Positions 39,444-51,171 of a DNA stretch of 64,000 bases are shown one piece after another. Below the pieces are notes generated by a model. The model made no database searches. It was not told the origin of the DNA and saw only the letters and a program-made list of their open reading frames with translations. Origin of the DNA: Lytechinus pictus (taxonomy: Eukaryota). The translations under genes and the position numbers were made by a program. The stretch covers positions 8,310,001 through 8,374,000 of the forward strand of contig NC_087250.1 in assembly GCF_037042905.1 (NCBI RefSeq). The letters are read 5' to 3'. Numbering within the stretch: the first letter of the stretch is position 1; each line of letters opens with the position of its first letter.

Positions 39444-40292
39444 AGTACTGTTCTGTAGTACTTTCCTGTGATACTGGTCTGCGGAATTCCTAAAGTACTG
39501 TCCTGTCATACTGTCCTGTGATACTATTTATCACCACAGGATAGTATCACAGGACAGTACTACAGGAATACCAGACCAGTATCACAGGACAGTACTACAG
39601 GAATACCAGACCAGTATCACAGGACAGTACTACAGGAATACCAGACCAGTATCACAGGACAGTACTACAGGACACAGTACCAGAAGCCTGCGGTATTCCT
39701 GCAGTACTGTCCTGTAGTACTGTTCTGTAGTACTTTCCTGTGATACTGGTCTGCGGAATTCCTAAAGTACTGTCCTGTCATACTGTCCTGTGATACTATT
39801 TATCACCACAGGATAGTATCACAGGACAGTACTACAGGAATACCAGACCAGTATCACAGGACAGTACTACAGGACACAGTACCAGAAGCCTGTGGTACTC
39901 CTGTAGTACTGTCCTGCGATACTGTCCTGTAGTACTTCCCTGTGATACTGGTCTGCGGAATTCCTGTAGTACTGTCCTGTCATACTGTCCTATCATACTA
40001 TCATGTGATACTATCCTGTGATATTCCTGTGATACTGTCCTGTAGTACTAGTAGTGGTGTGGTAGTGGTTGTAGCTGTTGTAGCGGTTGTGGTGATCGTG
40101 TCCTGTCATACTTCCTGCCATACTTATGCGGTTATTACCACAGGAAGTATCACAGGACACGGACCTGTTGTACTCCTGTTGTACATTTCTGTAGTACCGT
40201 CCCAAATTACGTGCACGTAATTCCTGCAGTACTTTCCTGCGATACTTCCTGCAGTACATATCACAGAGTACTACAGGAATTTTTTGTAAGGG
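39444..40292. repeat. CAGGA/TCCTG subterminal array and right terminus of a CMC/EnSpm-like element (continues at 31676-31923)
   Basis: TATCACAGGACAGTACTACAGGAA units in both orientations ending ...TTTTTGTAAGGG. No matching left TIR found. Confidence 0.65.
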
Positions 40293-40817
40293 GACAATCG
40301 ACAATTAAATTAGGCTACAGTACACCTGTGAAAAATTATAAAGAATTGGAAGGGAGGGTGAACGAAAGAATGAAGGAGAGAAAGAAAATACGAAAGAAAA
40401 GAGATGAATCGATCGAGAAGAAAGAAAAAAAAATTAAGGGGAAAATGAAGTGAAATAAAAAAAAGTTAGAATAAAAGAGAGAAAAAAGTTTCCGTCATTC
40501 TTTGAATTGAATACAGAAAGAAAGAAAAAGAAAGGAATGGAAGAAGAATAAATGTGTGAAAGACAAAATAAAGGAGAGAAAGAAAAAGAGAAAGTAAGAA
40601 AAAGGAGGAGGAAAGAGAGAAAGAATGAAGGAAAGAAAAATGTTTCCTTCATTCTTTGAAAGAAAGAAACAAACAAATATTCTGAAAAACAAAACAATAT
40701 TCTGAAATACGGGACAAATAGGCGTCCCGGGAAGGGTTTGTCGGGACGCCGGGACAAAGAAGCAAAATACGGGACAATCCTGGGAAATACGGGACGTCTG
40801 GTCACCCTGCTCATACT

Positions 40818-41075
40818 TGACTATCTTGTTCTTATTCTCTGATTGTTTCTCTCCCTCTGACTATTCATTTGCCATGTATATTCATATATTTCTTTTATTT
40901 GCTATCTTTGATATTTGAATATTCATTATTTACCTTTGTTATATTTAAATCATGCATGTTAATATTTTATGCCAAATAAACCCCTGAGGTTTAACGTTAT
41001 TCAGCCCAGGGCAGTTCATCACAGGCAATCATTGAGTGAGGTTGTCTCTTTAGAACCACGCCCTTTACCGCTCTG
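40818..41075 (+). repeat. 5' LTR, middle fragment
   Basis: Aligns with 45397-45663. Confidence 0.85.
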
Positions 41076-44000
41076 GGCCCGTATTCCATAAACGAGATAA
41101 GCTTTTTGCTTAAGTCTTAGCAATTTGTCTTAGCATTTTGCTTGTCTAAGAAATCTTCCCTAACGATATTCTATAAACTTTAAGACATTTGTCTCAAGTT
41201 AGACGATATGGCTAAGCCAAAGTCTCAAAGTCAAATTCTATGACCTTCTAAACTGCTGCAGGGGTGACTGCAACAAAATAGCAAAAATGTCATTGAAGTT
41301 GTTTTTTCTTAACAAGTTTGATTTTATTGAAACTAATTACAACTATTGTAGTAAAAGAAGAGCATTCATCACCCATATATGGTAAGAATTCTTTATTCAG
41401 ATTATTCTATATTTTGTTAATTACCAAAACATTTCAATCCCAAACCGAGTGACTTGCACAGTTTTTTATGTATCAGTCCCATTCATTACTTTTCATGTAT
41501 TGTTTGTCAAAATCTAAATGGAATAGGGTAGATTCCTCTCGACATCTTTATTCTACTTCAGTTGAAGTAGACCTAGGGTCTAAGCCAAGGGAAAACATTT
41601 GTAACTTTTGAGACTAGTCTTGGGTCTAACATTAGGCCTAGATCTAGCCTAGAGCTAGGCCCAAGATCTACAACTAATATCTATCTGTTTGGAGGAGAAT
41701 TGAACATTGTTTTTACTTTTTACTTTCCTGAACTAAGGCTGAAGCAAAACGTAACTTTGTTAGTCTAGTGCCGTAGTGGAGCAACTGAGACTGAAGCTAC
41801 ATAGGCCTAGATCTAACGGTAGACCTATATTAGTATTGGTCTAGGCCTAGAACATGCAGGACTTAGCCTGGCTTAGCCTTAAGACAGGGATAGATCTATC
41901 TAGATCTACATGTAGGTCTAGAATAGATCTGACTTAGACCAAAAGGTTCAGTCTCAGACTGTATTTTGGTTGTTCCGCTATTTTAGCATTACGAGTACGA
42001 CACTAAACAGTCTAACGTTACGTTGGCCTAGTCTCACCAATGTGATATGACAGTAAATGTCAGAAACTTTTAAATAAATCCCCAGAAATGACGGTTATTC
42101 CTGTCAACAGTGCTAGATATATCGCTATGCATTGCTTGCCAACTATGCCTAAAGTTAGATCTAGTCCTAGTAGTAGTCTAGACATCTATCTAGATCTACT
42201 CCTGCTTTAGAGTTTAGGTCCATCTGTTTGTTTGGAGTTTTTATTTTATACATTTTGAGGACTTGTTTTGATCTAGGTTTCCAGGACTAAAAAACAGGCC
42301 TAAACCTAGACCAACACTGGCAACAGCTCAGTCTAGACTAGGGCCTAGATTTATATAAGAATTTAGATCTAGGGCCTAGGCGGCCTAGCCTGTGCTTTCT
42401 TCTATTCATTCTACATTTTATTTCTAGCCTATCCGGTAGCCCTAACGTTAGGACTGGCTGATCTAGTCTACTGTTTGATCTAGAAATCTCTAACCTAGGC
42501 CTAGATCTAGACTAAATGACTTACTCACTTAGACTTAAAGTTAGACCCTATCTAGATCTAGAACTATACCAATCTAGGTGTACATAGGGTCATAGTAATA
42601 GGTCTAGATCTAGAGACTTGTAGACTCTATCTCAATGCATGTAGATTCTAGATCTAAAAATAGTAAATGTAGGCTAGATCTAGTCTAGTTCTACTCATCT
42701 AACGTTAGGCCTGAGAAAGGAAGTAGGCTAAGGATCTAGCATTGGATTATTTCTAGGACTAAAGAATCTTGATCTAGGCTTAGATCTAAACTAGGTGCTG
42801 TAGTTCGAAATCTTGAGGTCTAGCCCCCCCCCCCAAAAAAAAAACTAGAACTAAGTCTAAGCCCTCAGCTACATGTAGTTCTCTATGTAGCCAAACAAAA
42901 GTTAGCATTGACCATTGTCTTAATCTTTTTTGGCGTATACATGTAGTTATCATACAAACACATATTTTGATGAATGAGAAAATGTGTCTTGCAGATTATT
43001 TTAGCTCAAAACCTACATTTCATGGACATATAGGCCAATGTCATAAAATGAAGAAGTAGTTCAATACACATGCTGTTTACACATTTATTGATCTGATATG
43101 CTGTTACCATGGCAACAAATTTTCAAATATATGTCTTGCAGATCTACACCTCAAAATCAATGTGTGAGCCAACTTTTATAAGAATTGGTAAAACTAATAA
43201 AGGGATTCAAACCACAAGATTTTCACCTAATTTCTTTATATAATATGTTGTTACCATAGCAACACGAATTCTGATACAGGCAAAAGTATATCTTAGACAT
43301 CTTCAACTCGACTATTGTGTGCGCCAACATTTTAGGAGAATTGACCAGTTGAAAACTGATAAAGTAATTCAAATTACAAGATTTTCATCTATTTTTAGTT
43401 ATTTTATTTGTTGCCATGGCAACGCAATTTTTTATAAAGGCATAAAATATACTTTGCACATCTTCACATCAAGACTAACGTTTGTGCCACATTTCATGAG
43501 AATTGATTAAAAACTGAAGAAGTCGTTGGAACTGCAAGATTTTTACATAATTTTTGCCCTAATATACCGTTACCATGGCTACACAATTTCCGACACATGC
43601 GAAAATGTGTCTTGCACATCTTTACCTCAAGACTTATGTCTGTGGCAAACATCATGAGAAGTGGTTGAAATATTGTAAACTTGTTAAAACCACAAATTTT
43701 TCACCTAATTTTCGTTATTTAATATGTTGTTACCATGGCAACGCAATTTTTGTATATAGGCATAAAATATGTTTTGCACATCTTCACATCAAGACTAATG
43801 TTTGTGCCACATTTCATGAGAATTGGTTAAAAACTGAGGAAGTAGTTGGAATAGCAAGATTTATACATAATTTTTGCCATAATATACTGTTACCATGGCA
43901 ACACAATTTCCGACACATGCAAAATTGTGTCTTGCACATCTTTTCCTCAAATCCAATGTGTGAGCCAACTTTCATGAGAATTGGTAGAAAACCGATGAAG

Positions 44001-44509
44001 TAATTTAAATTTTAAATTTTGGCCATAATATACTGTTACCATGGCAACACAATTTCTGAAAAAGCAAAAAAAAAATTCTTACACCTCCTTACCTTAAGAC
44101 CAATGTGTGTTCCAAATTTCATGAAAATCGGTTAAAAACTTAGGAAGTAGCTCGAAATGCAATATAGGTATAAATTCTTTTAAAAAATTTGCCATGATTT
44201 GTTGGATTTAAACGTTGTCTTAAAGCAATTAAGACAACTCACAACTGTCTTAAAGTTAGGGCAAAATTCTTAGCCATGTAGAATTTATGAAATACAGACT
44301 CTGCATATTTAAGAAAAGTTACTTAGCCATTCATCCTAAATCTGTCTTAGTTGCGCAAAAATTCTTAGCCAAATTCTTAGACAAAATTCTTAGCCAATTC
44401 TTTATGGAATATGCGTTTTGGCTAAGAATTTTGTCTTAGACAGAAAACTAAGACAAAATGCTTAGATTTTTGACTTAAGCGTGCTTATCTCGTTTATGGA
44501 ATACGGGCC
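41076..44509. mobile_element. Harbinger/PIF-type non-autonomous element, 3.4 kb
   Basis: Perfect 27-bp TIR GGCCCGTATTCCATAAACGAGATAAGC; CTG TSD (41073-41075, 44510-44512); CTTAG subterminal repeats. Confidence 0.88.
43030..44170. repeat. ~160-bp tandem array, each unit with GTTRCCATGGCAAC
   Basis: Motif or a 1-mismatch variant near 43083, 43250, 43410, 43569, 43728, 43889 and 44035. Confidence 0.85.
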
Positions 44510-44526
44510 CTGGCCAATCTACAAAT

Positions 44527-44583
44527 TGGTGGCAGCGGTGGGATTCGAACCCATGCACGCTATCGAAATGACTGGTGCCTAAA
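44527..44583 (+). promoter_or_regulatory. Extended primer-binding site: antisense 3' part of tRNA-Leu(UAG) including CCA
   Basis: TGGTGGCAGCGGTGGGATTCGAACCCA...ATCGAAATGACTGGTGCCTAAA begins 3 nt after the LTR end TCTACA. Comparison is with a tRNA sequence recalled from memory. Confidence 0.8.
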
Positions 44584-45226
44584 AAGATAAACTTCGATAC
44601 ATTTTGAATGACGTACTAGATTTGTCAGTTGAATTGTGAAAAGTTCAATTTAGGTGATATTTAATTAGAAAAAAAGTATTGAGATAAAAATGTCACTTTT
44701 AGAGAAATTTGAAGAAGTTTGCTTTCCCTACAAAAAAATACTTTGCTTGGGTAATAATTTGACAATGCTAGATAATTATTGTATTTAAAAAAAATGTATA
44801 TTTAGTCTTTTTATTAAAAAAAAGTTTTCAAAGTTTTGGTCAAATTGATTATGACTTAGACAAATTGATAAAATTTGTTTTTCTCTGATCATAGAATTTG
44901 AAAGATACTCTTTTATGATGAAACAGTTATTTTAACATGTTGATTAATTGATGGTCATGTCTTTGATCAAGGTATATAAAAATTTCATTGCAGAACTGAT
45001 TTGTATATAAAGAAAAATACATATATATATATTTTTAAACTTCAAACCGTTATATTTCGAAGTCATCATGATTGATATGAAATGTCAACTTGATATGTAC
45101 TTTATTAATTCAGATATCATTGAAAACAAACATTTTTATATTGTCAAATATTTTTTTCTCCCTCATACATGAAGATTACTGCAATTTTAAAATGAGGACA
45201 TTTTATTTGTAAGAGGAGATATTGTT

Positions 45227-45663
45227 TGTAGAGCTGTAGCGTGAACAGGGTTTTATAGATGTACTGTTCTTCATTATTCTTGATCATCCTCTCTTCTCTT
45301 GTTAGTCGTCAAAATTCCATCACCTTCTTTACATTCCTTTCAACATGCCAGATTCACTCTATCATCCCTTTCTTTTGTTCATGCTCACTCATACTTGACT
45401 CTTGCTAAGTTCTTATTCTCTGATTGGTTCTCTCCCTCTGACTTAGGTTCATTAATATTCATTAACAGCTATTCATTTGCCATGTATATTCATATATATC
45501 TTTTATTTGCTATCTTTGATATTTGAATATTCATTATTTACCTTTGTTATATATAAATCATGCATGTTAATATTTACTGCCAAATAAACCCCTGAGGTTT
45601 AAAGTTATTCAGCACAGGGCAGTTCATCACAGGCAATCATTGAGTGAGGTTGTCCCTTGTCTC
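45227..45663 (+). repeat. 3' LTR of the non-autonomous element (uninterrupted, end truncated)
   Basis: Collinear with 1714-1905 joined to 40818-41048 across a single CTCATACT. Confidence 0.88.
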
Positions 45664-48600
45664 TGTAAGTTTTTCGAACCACACTGTAGAGTGTACGATG
45701 CAAATTTTTTATAAAGTGGTTATAGTGTGAAATTTACATATCGTTTCTGGGTCACAAAGTTTCGGTGACGTCAGAAGAGTAGGTTTTTGTTGCCAATCGG
45801 TAGAGGGCGTTGTACTTTGTCCCCCATGTTTTTACTTAGTTTTTTTACTTGCTAATTTGTTGTCATCGTTATTTTGCTTTTGACCAAGCCCAATGTTGTA
45901 AGTATTCTAAAATAGATGTTTATATGATAAAGAATAGTTGACTGATAGTTTGTATTGAGAAATGATTTTAAATGATGAATATTTTGGTGAAAATTTTGTT
46001 ACAAAAGTTGTATGAATTATCGCTCATGTTCAGTGAAAGTTTTTCGGTTTGTCTATGTACATATGTATAAGTACAATAATGTGTGTAGTGCGCGAAACTT
46101 GACCGCAGCACTCACGTGTGTTGATTTAGGTTAGTAAACGTTTGTTTACATAAGATATGAAAAGTAAATGGTACATAATTGCATGAAGTTTGTTAGTGAT
46201 GATAATTCATGCCTTTATGATAATAGTGGTAATTTATGTCATAATAGTCATGCACAAGTGGTATGACTGAAAGTACGTCAAAGGTTACAAGATAACCTAG
46301 GGATGCATTGCTAGGGGCATATTTTCTGTTGCCTTAGGCATGGCTGAATGTGTTTTTAATATAGAATTTTGGATATGAGAAACAAATGTGATAATTTATT
46401 CATACCTTGATGTTTCAGTTGAGGTTACAGTTACAAAATTGTTTGTTATTGTAGTTATTTCATTCGGATGCAGCCTAATGATGAATACCGGTAATTGAAA
46501 GCTTTATGATAACAACATAAGAAACAAATAAGGACAGTTGTTAGATTATCTGGTCAGTTGATGTCTTAGACTCGTGTACAATTAAAGGCTTTGTGAATGT
46601 ATAGGTATTGGATTATTAACGCTACATTCGACAATTGTACAAGTTTTTCATGACATTCAATTTATGATTGTTTATTGTTTCATTAAACTGCAGGTCGAAA
46701 CATGCATTCAATAGTTCAACAATTGGTATCGCAACTCGGTTTGATTTTGTGACTTGCTAACGAGGGACTTACAAATTAATGAGACTTAAACGTCACATTA
46801 AGTTCGACACAACAAGGTTTATGAGTGGAATCTGTTCAACTCGCAGAATCAAGATGAGTGTTAAACCTGAGGACACTGTTAACCAACAAGTCTCTGTTGA
46901 ACTTGAGGAGGATTCTGTTAGACCTGAAGACTCAGCCAGTCAGTGTAATGGATCTGCAGTCAGCTCCATGTCAGGTTCTCGACTATGGGCAAAGGCTATG
47001 GCCAAAAGAGCAGCCTTGAAGGCGGAAGCTGAACGTCTTAAGCAGCAGCAGGAGTTGGAACTCGAGCAGTTAAGGTTGCAGCAGAAAAGGAGAGAATTGG
47101 ACTTGCAGACTAAAATTGAAATTGCTCAAGCTGAAGAGCAGATCTTCAGTCTCTTTGATGAGGAAAGGTCTTCTAAAGTGAGTCGTCATCCATCGCATGC
47201 TAGTAAGCAGGAAAAGAAAGGTTCCTTACAGGACAGTCTCCAGTTGGAACAGAAAACTCAAGATGAAACTCTTCTATATCCTCTAGATGACAAGCAGACA
47301 TCCTTTCAGGGATCTTATGGAGTGTTGCCTGCCCCAAATCAGCAGTTGTTGGAAGCAATCAGTCTGCAAAATGTAGAACTCATGAAATTTGATGGAAGTC
47401 TGGTAGGAAGGACGTCCCTGGATGACAGCTCCAAGCTTCTGAAGTTATTCAGTTGTTGCCAAGGTGAAACAAGATCCATTATTCAGTCGTGTATGGTCAT
47501 GGACTCTGCAGTAGCCTACAAGAAAGCCAGAAGCATCCTGGAAGAACGATATGGCAACAAGTTCAAGAGAGGAGATGCTTGGACAAAGAAAGTCATTAAT
47601 GGGCCAACATTGCAGCCAAGTGACAAGAAAGGACTGCAGAAGTTCGCAGATGAGCTGCAGGTTTGCTGCGAGACTCTACAGGCGGTGGACATGGTTGCAG
47701 AGATAAGTTCGCAACAACACCTTGTAAAGATTGTAGAGAGACTGCCTTACTATCTGAGAGCCAGGTGGCTCAAGGTCGTCAAAGATGTCCGTCACCAAGG
47801 TAGATCTCCCAAGTTGAAAGATGTGGTACGCTTTGTGACTGACGCAGCCTGTGAAATCAATGATCCAGTCTATGGAGAGCTGTTTGGAGACAAGAAGAAG
47901 CAGCCTCAAGGATCAAAACAGTCACTTGGGAAAAGATCATCTCAAGCAGCTGGGGTCAACTTTGCTGGATCAGAGAAGAAGAAGGAAGTGGACTGTGCTC
48001 TTTGTGACAAGGGACATGGCATCTTTTCTTGTAACCTGTTTAAGGACATGAAACCTGAAGAACGTCTGCAAATGGCGAAGGATAAGCATTTATGCTTTAA
48101 TTGTCTCAAGCCAGGACACAGTTCAAGTAAATGTTTCCTAAATAGAACCTGCTCTGTGAAAGGATGTAATAGGAAACATAGTAGGTTTCTGCATCTTAAG
48201 AGGAAGGACGATTCACAGAAGACAGATGTTCTGAAGGATACAAGACAGCAGTCATCCAGTTCCAGTGAGACTGATGGGACCACAGCATCATCATCTCAGA
48301 ATGGGTTCGTCGAGACTGCTAACAGCACCTTTGGTAATGCCACGGGGGCCGGTAAAAGATGTGTCCTGCTCATTGTGCCTGTTCGAGTCCAAGCAGCATC
48401 TGGTGGTAAAGCATTGAGAACATTTGCTTTGTTGGATACAGGATCCACGAACTCCTTCTGTACCAAGAGCCTGGCGGAGAAGTTGAATGCCAAAGGTCAG
48501 ACACAGAGGCTATCGTTGACCACCATCGACAATGAACAGACATTGGAAACCAAGGTAGTGGATCTGGTGGTTGACACTGGCCCAATGTCTGAAGCAGTTA

Positions 48601-48950
48601 GGATAGAAAATGTATTCACTAAGGAGAGGATAAACATCAGGAGTGATCACATGGCATCAGTAGGAGAGATTTCTGGTTGGCCTCATCAACAAGATATTAA
48701 TTTGACAATTGCAAGAGGGCAAGAGATCGGTCTGTTGATTGGTCAAGATGCACCTGAGGCCCTCATTCCTCTGGAGGTGAGAAAGGCAGAGACTGGACCA
48801 TAGACTGGACCATATGCTGTACGTACAATTCTTGGATGGTCCTTACATGGTCCGATATCTGGAGAGGCTAATCAGGGACATGTCAAGGCTTCAAGCAGCT
48901 TTATTGATGGTGATTGTCATCTGGAGATGCAGCTTGAAAGATTTTGGATA
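45664..48950 (+). mobile_element. BEL/Pao LTR retrotransposon, 3'-truncated
   Basis: Candidate LTR 45664-46773 (TGTAAG...CTTACA) followed by gag-protease. Homology ends after LERFW; no RT, integrase or second LTR seen. Confidence 0.85.
46779..48950 (+). pseudogene. BEL/Pao Gag-protease, truncated
   Basis: Three BEL-type Cys/His knuckles (CALCDKGHGIFSC, CFNCLKPGHSSSKC, CSVKGCNRKHSRFLH) and ALLDTGSTNSF. GPYAVRTILGW continues after the stop at 48801-48803. Confidence 0.88.
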
Positions 48951-49499
48951 ACAATAAGGAAGAATTCAAAATGTAGACTTAGTTTTTGTAACAGCAAAGA
49001 AAAAAAGTTGTTAATTGTAACTTGGCATATATGTTTTGTTAAAGTTGTGTTATGAGATTGTGTTATATTTTACAATTGTAACAGAAAGTTTGATTGCATA
49101 CAAGTGTAAGGAACACTTTGCAGAGATTGTTTTTAATCAGAATACCGAGGATTGAGGAATTCGAAGCCAAATAATTAAACCTTCCTTCAGTGAAATGTTG
49201 CAAATTGAAGTATGGAAGTGAAATAGTGGTAGAAATTAAAATGCTGTAATTGCATGGTACACAGAAAGTGTTATTTTTCAAAAATTACCCATGTACATTA
49301 ATGTAAGGGGGAGGAATGTTATATATAAAGGTTGGAATGTAAAGAATAACATAAATGTGTAATAAGGTCTGCATGTACAGACTAGCAACATGTATGAATC
49401 TGTATTATGTATACATATGCATATAAAGGGGAGATTGCACAATACACACAGAGAGACTGTACAATGAAGAAGCAAAAAAGAGTCAACAGACATTTTGAG

Positions 49500-51171
49500 T
49501 TAAGCAAAACTTGAGACTTTAATGTGTCATTATTCAGCTGGATGAACCCAAAACATAACAAATATGGTGGCAGTAACAATGCCGACTAGCATTAAGACAA
49601 AGTGGGCCCACAACTTGGTTAACGTTAGGCCTATGATGAACTAAGGCGGGCCTAGGACTAGTCTGAATCGATGTAGGTGTCATGCTATAACTATCGGTAG
49701 CCTGGATATGTTCAGGACTCGACGTATACCGATAGCAAGGTACAGGCATCACACTTGTGGTCATCATTCATGTCATAATAGGCAGATCTATCATACATCT
49801 CTTTACTAGACCTACTACCGATATCATCGTCTCATGATCATCAAGGCTCGATGATTGTTAAGCTTATGGCTAGTTAAGTGCACGTGTAAAACTCTAATCT
49901 GATTCTGAGGATATGACTGGCAATGTAGATCTAGGCATGACTTTCATCTGGAATCATCCAACTTATAGCTAACTTGATCACAATGAAAACTGTCATAATC
50001 TTCTGGTTCATTCTCATCAACATAATCATCTTCTGGTTCATTCTCAACCTCATAATCATTCTTCTCATCATACCCATCTTGTTCTTGTTCATTCTCATCA
50101 TGATTATCATCTTCTGGATCATTCTCCACTTCATAATCATAGTCCGGTTCATTCTCATCAAATTACGACCACTGTGTCTGTGACTGACATCGACAAATTC
50201 AACATTCTCATCATCATCCACACAATGATTCCTTGATCTACCGACTGTGTCTGTGTAATTTCTCGATTTACTAAGTGTGTAATCACTTGAATTACTGATT
50301 GTATTGCTATAAATGTCATAACTCTCAGATAGGAAAGTACAAGAACTAACTTGATTGGGGCGGCCTCGCTCTCGGGCCTGGGGGCTAGGTCTTGACCTCG
50401 GTGGGGAACAGCCATTCGAAGGACTGTATGTGGGACTACGGCACTGAGGAAGTAAAAAATTGTTATCACGACACATTTTTGCCGACCAACTGGTTGCTCG
50501 GACAGCATGAATCCCATCAGTGTGCGGAGCAGGCCAGGTTCAAATCCCAGCTGTCACCAAGATATTAAGAAATAAAGGAGATGGGGAAACCAATTACAGT
50601 AATAACAATTTTATTATCATACCAACTTTAGGGCAAGCCTCATTATCTGTGCGCGGCCATCGTAAGGGCCGATAAGACATCATCCCTCGCAGAGGGCGAC
50701 ATTTCACAAGACACCTCAAATTCAATAACATATTGGGGCACACAGGAGTATTACAGACCCCCATTTACTCACGTGTTATATCATAGCTCATCAAAAAAAT
50801 CATTAAAAATCAATCCCTCGATAGATTTTGCTTTAATCCACTGACGTAAGTCACAATTAACAGTACATTAAGACTTGATATGTTAATCAGGTACTTGCCC
50901 AGCTCAATCAAAAGTTAAATGGCCTGAAATAAGACTAACCACAATATCAGCCAGTTCATTGCCAGAAAAACAAAAACTGCATTGTGGGTAATAATAATTA
51001 AAATGAAATACAAAAATGCAGTCTAGCCTCCCCAAACGCATTAATTATGAAAGAGTATGAACACAGCATTATCTCTATCGTTTTTCTTTTGATATACAAA
51101 CATTTGATCTATTTTCAAGAAATTATTTTAATCAATAAAGTCATGTGATCTTTACTTACGCCTGTCCGACA
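49500..51171 (-). mobile_element. Possible degraded LTR-element 5' end with tRNA-like PBS at 50537-50559
   Basis: Minus strand TGGTGACAGCTGGGATTTGAACC, followed by a frameshifted ORF with acidic ENEPEDD repeats. Boundaries uncertain. Confidence 0.4.

Larger units (their letters stand above)
1906..40809. mobile_element. 38.9-kb block bounded by hAT (Blackjack-like) termini
   Basis: TIRs CAGGGTGACCAGA (1906-1918) and TCTGGTCACCCTG (40797-40809). 8-bp TSD CTCATACT at 1898-1905 and 40810-40817. AAATACGGGA subterminal motif at both ends. Empty site present in the paralogous LTR near 45389. Confidence 0.85.
1714..45663 (+). mobile_element. Non-autonomous LTR retroelement (TRIM-like), 5' LTR interrupted by two insertions, 3' LTR truncated by BEL/Pao
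   Basis: 5' LTR pieces 1714-1905 + 40818-41075 + 44513-44523 rebuild a ~461-bp LTR with TGTAGA...TCTACA termini. PBS follows at 44527, then ~700 bp non-coding interior, purine run AAGAGGAGA at 45211-45219 and a homologous LTR from 45227. Confidence 0.8.

Noticed and set aside
40340..40700. Lys/Glu-rich and Phe/Leu-rich ORFs
   Set aside because: A/G-rich low-complexity sequence just inside the right hAT end.
44527..44583. Functional tRNA-Leu gene on the minus strand
   Set aside because: Lacks the 5' acceptor strand and D-arm, encodes CCA and abuts an LTR end, so it is treated as a PBS.
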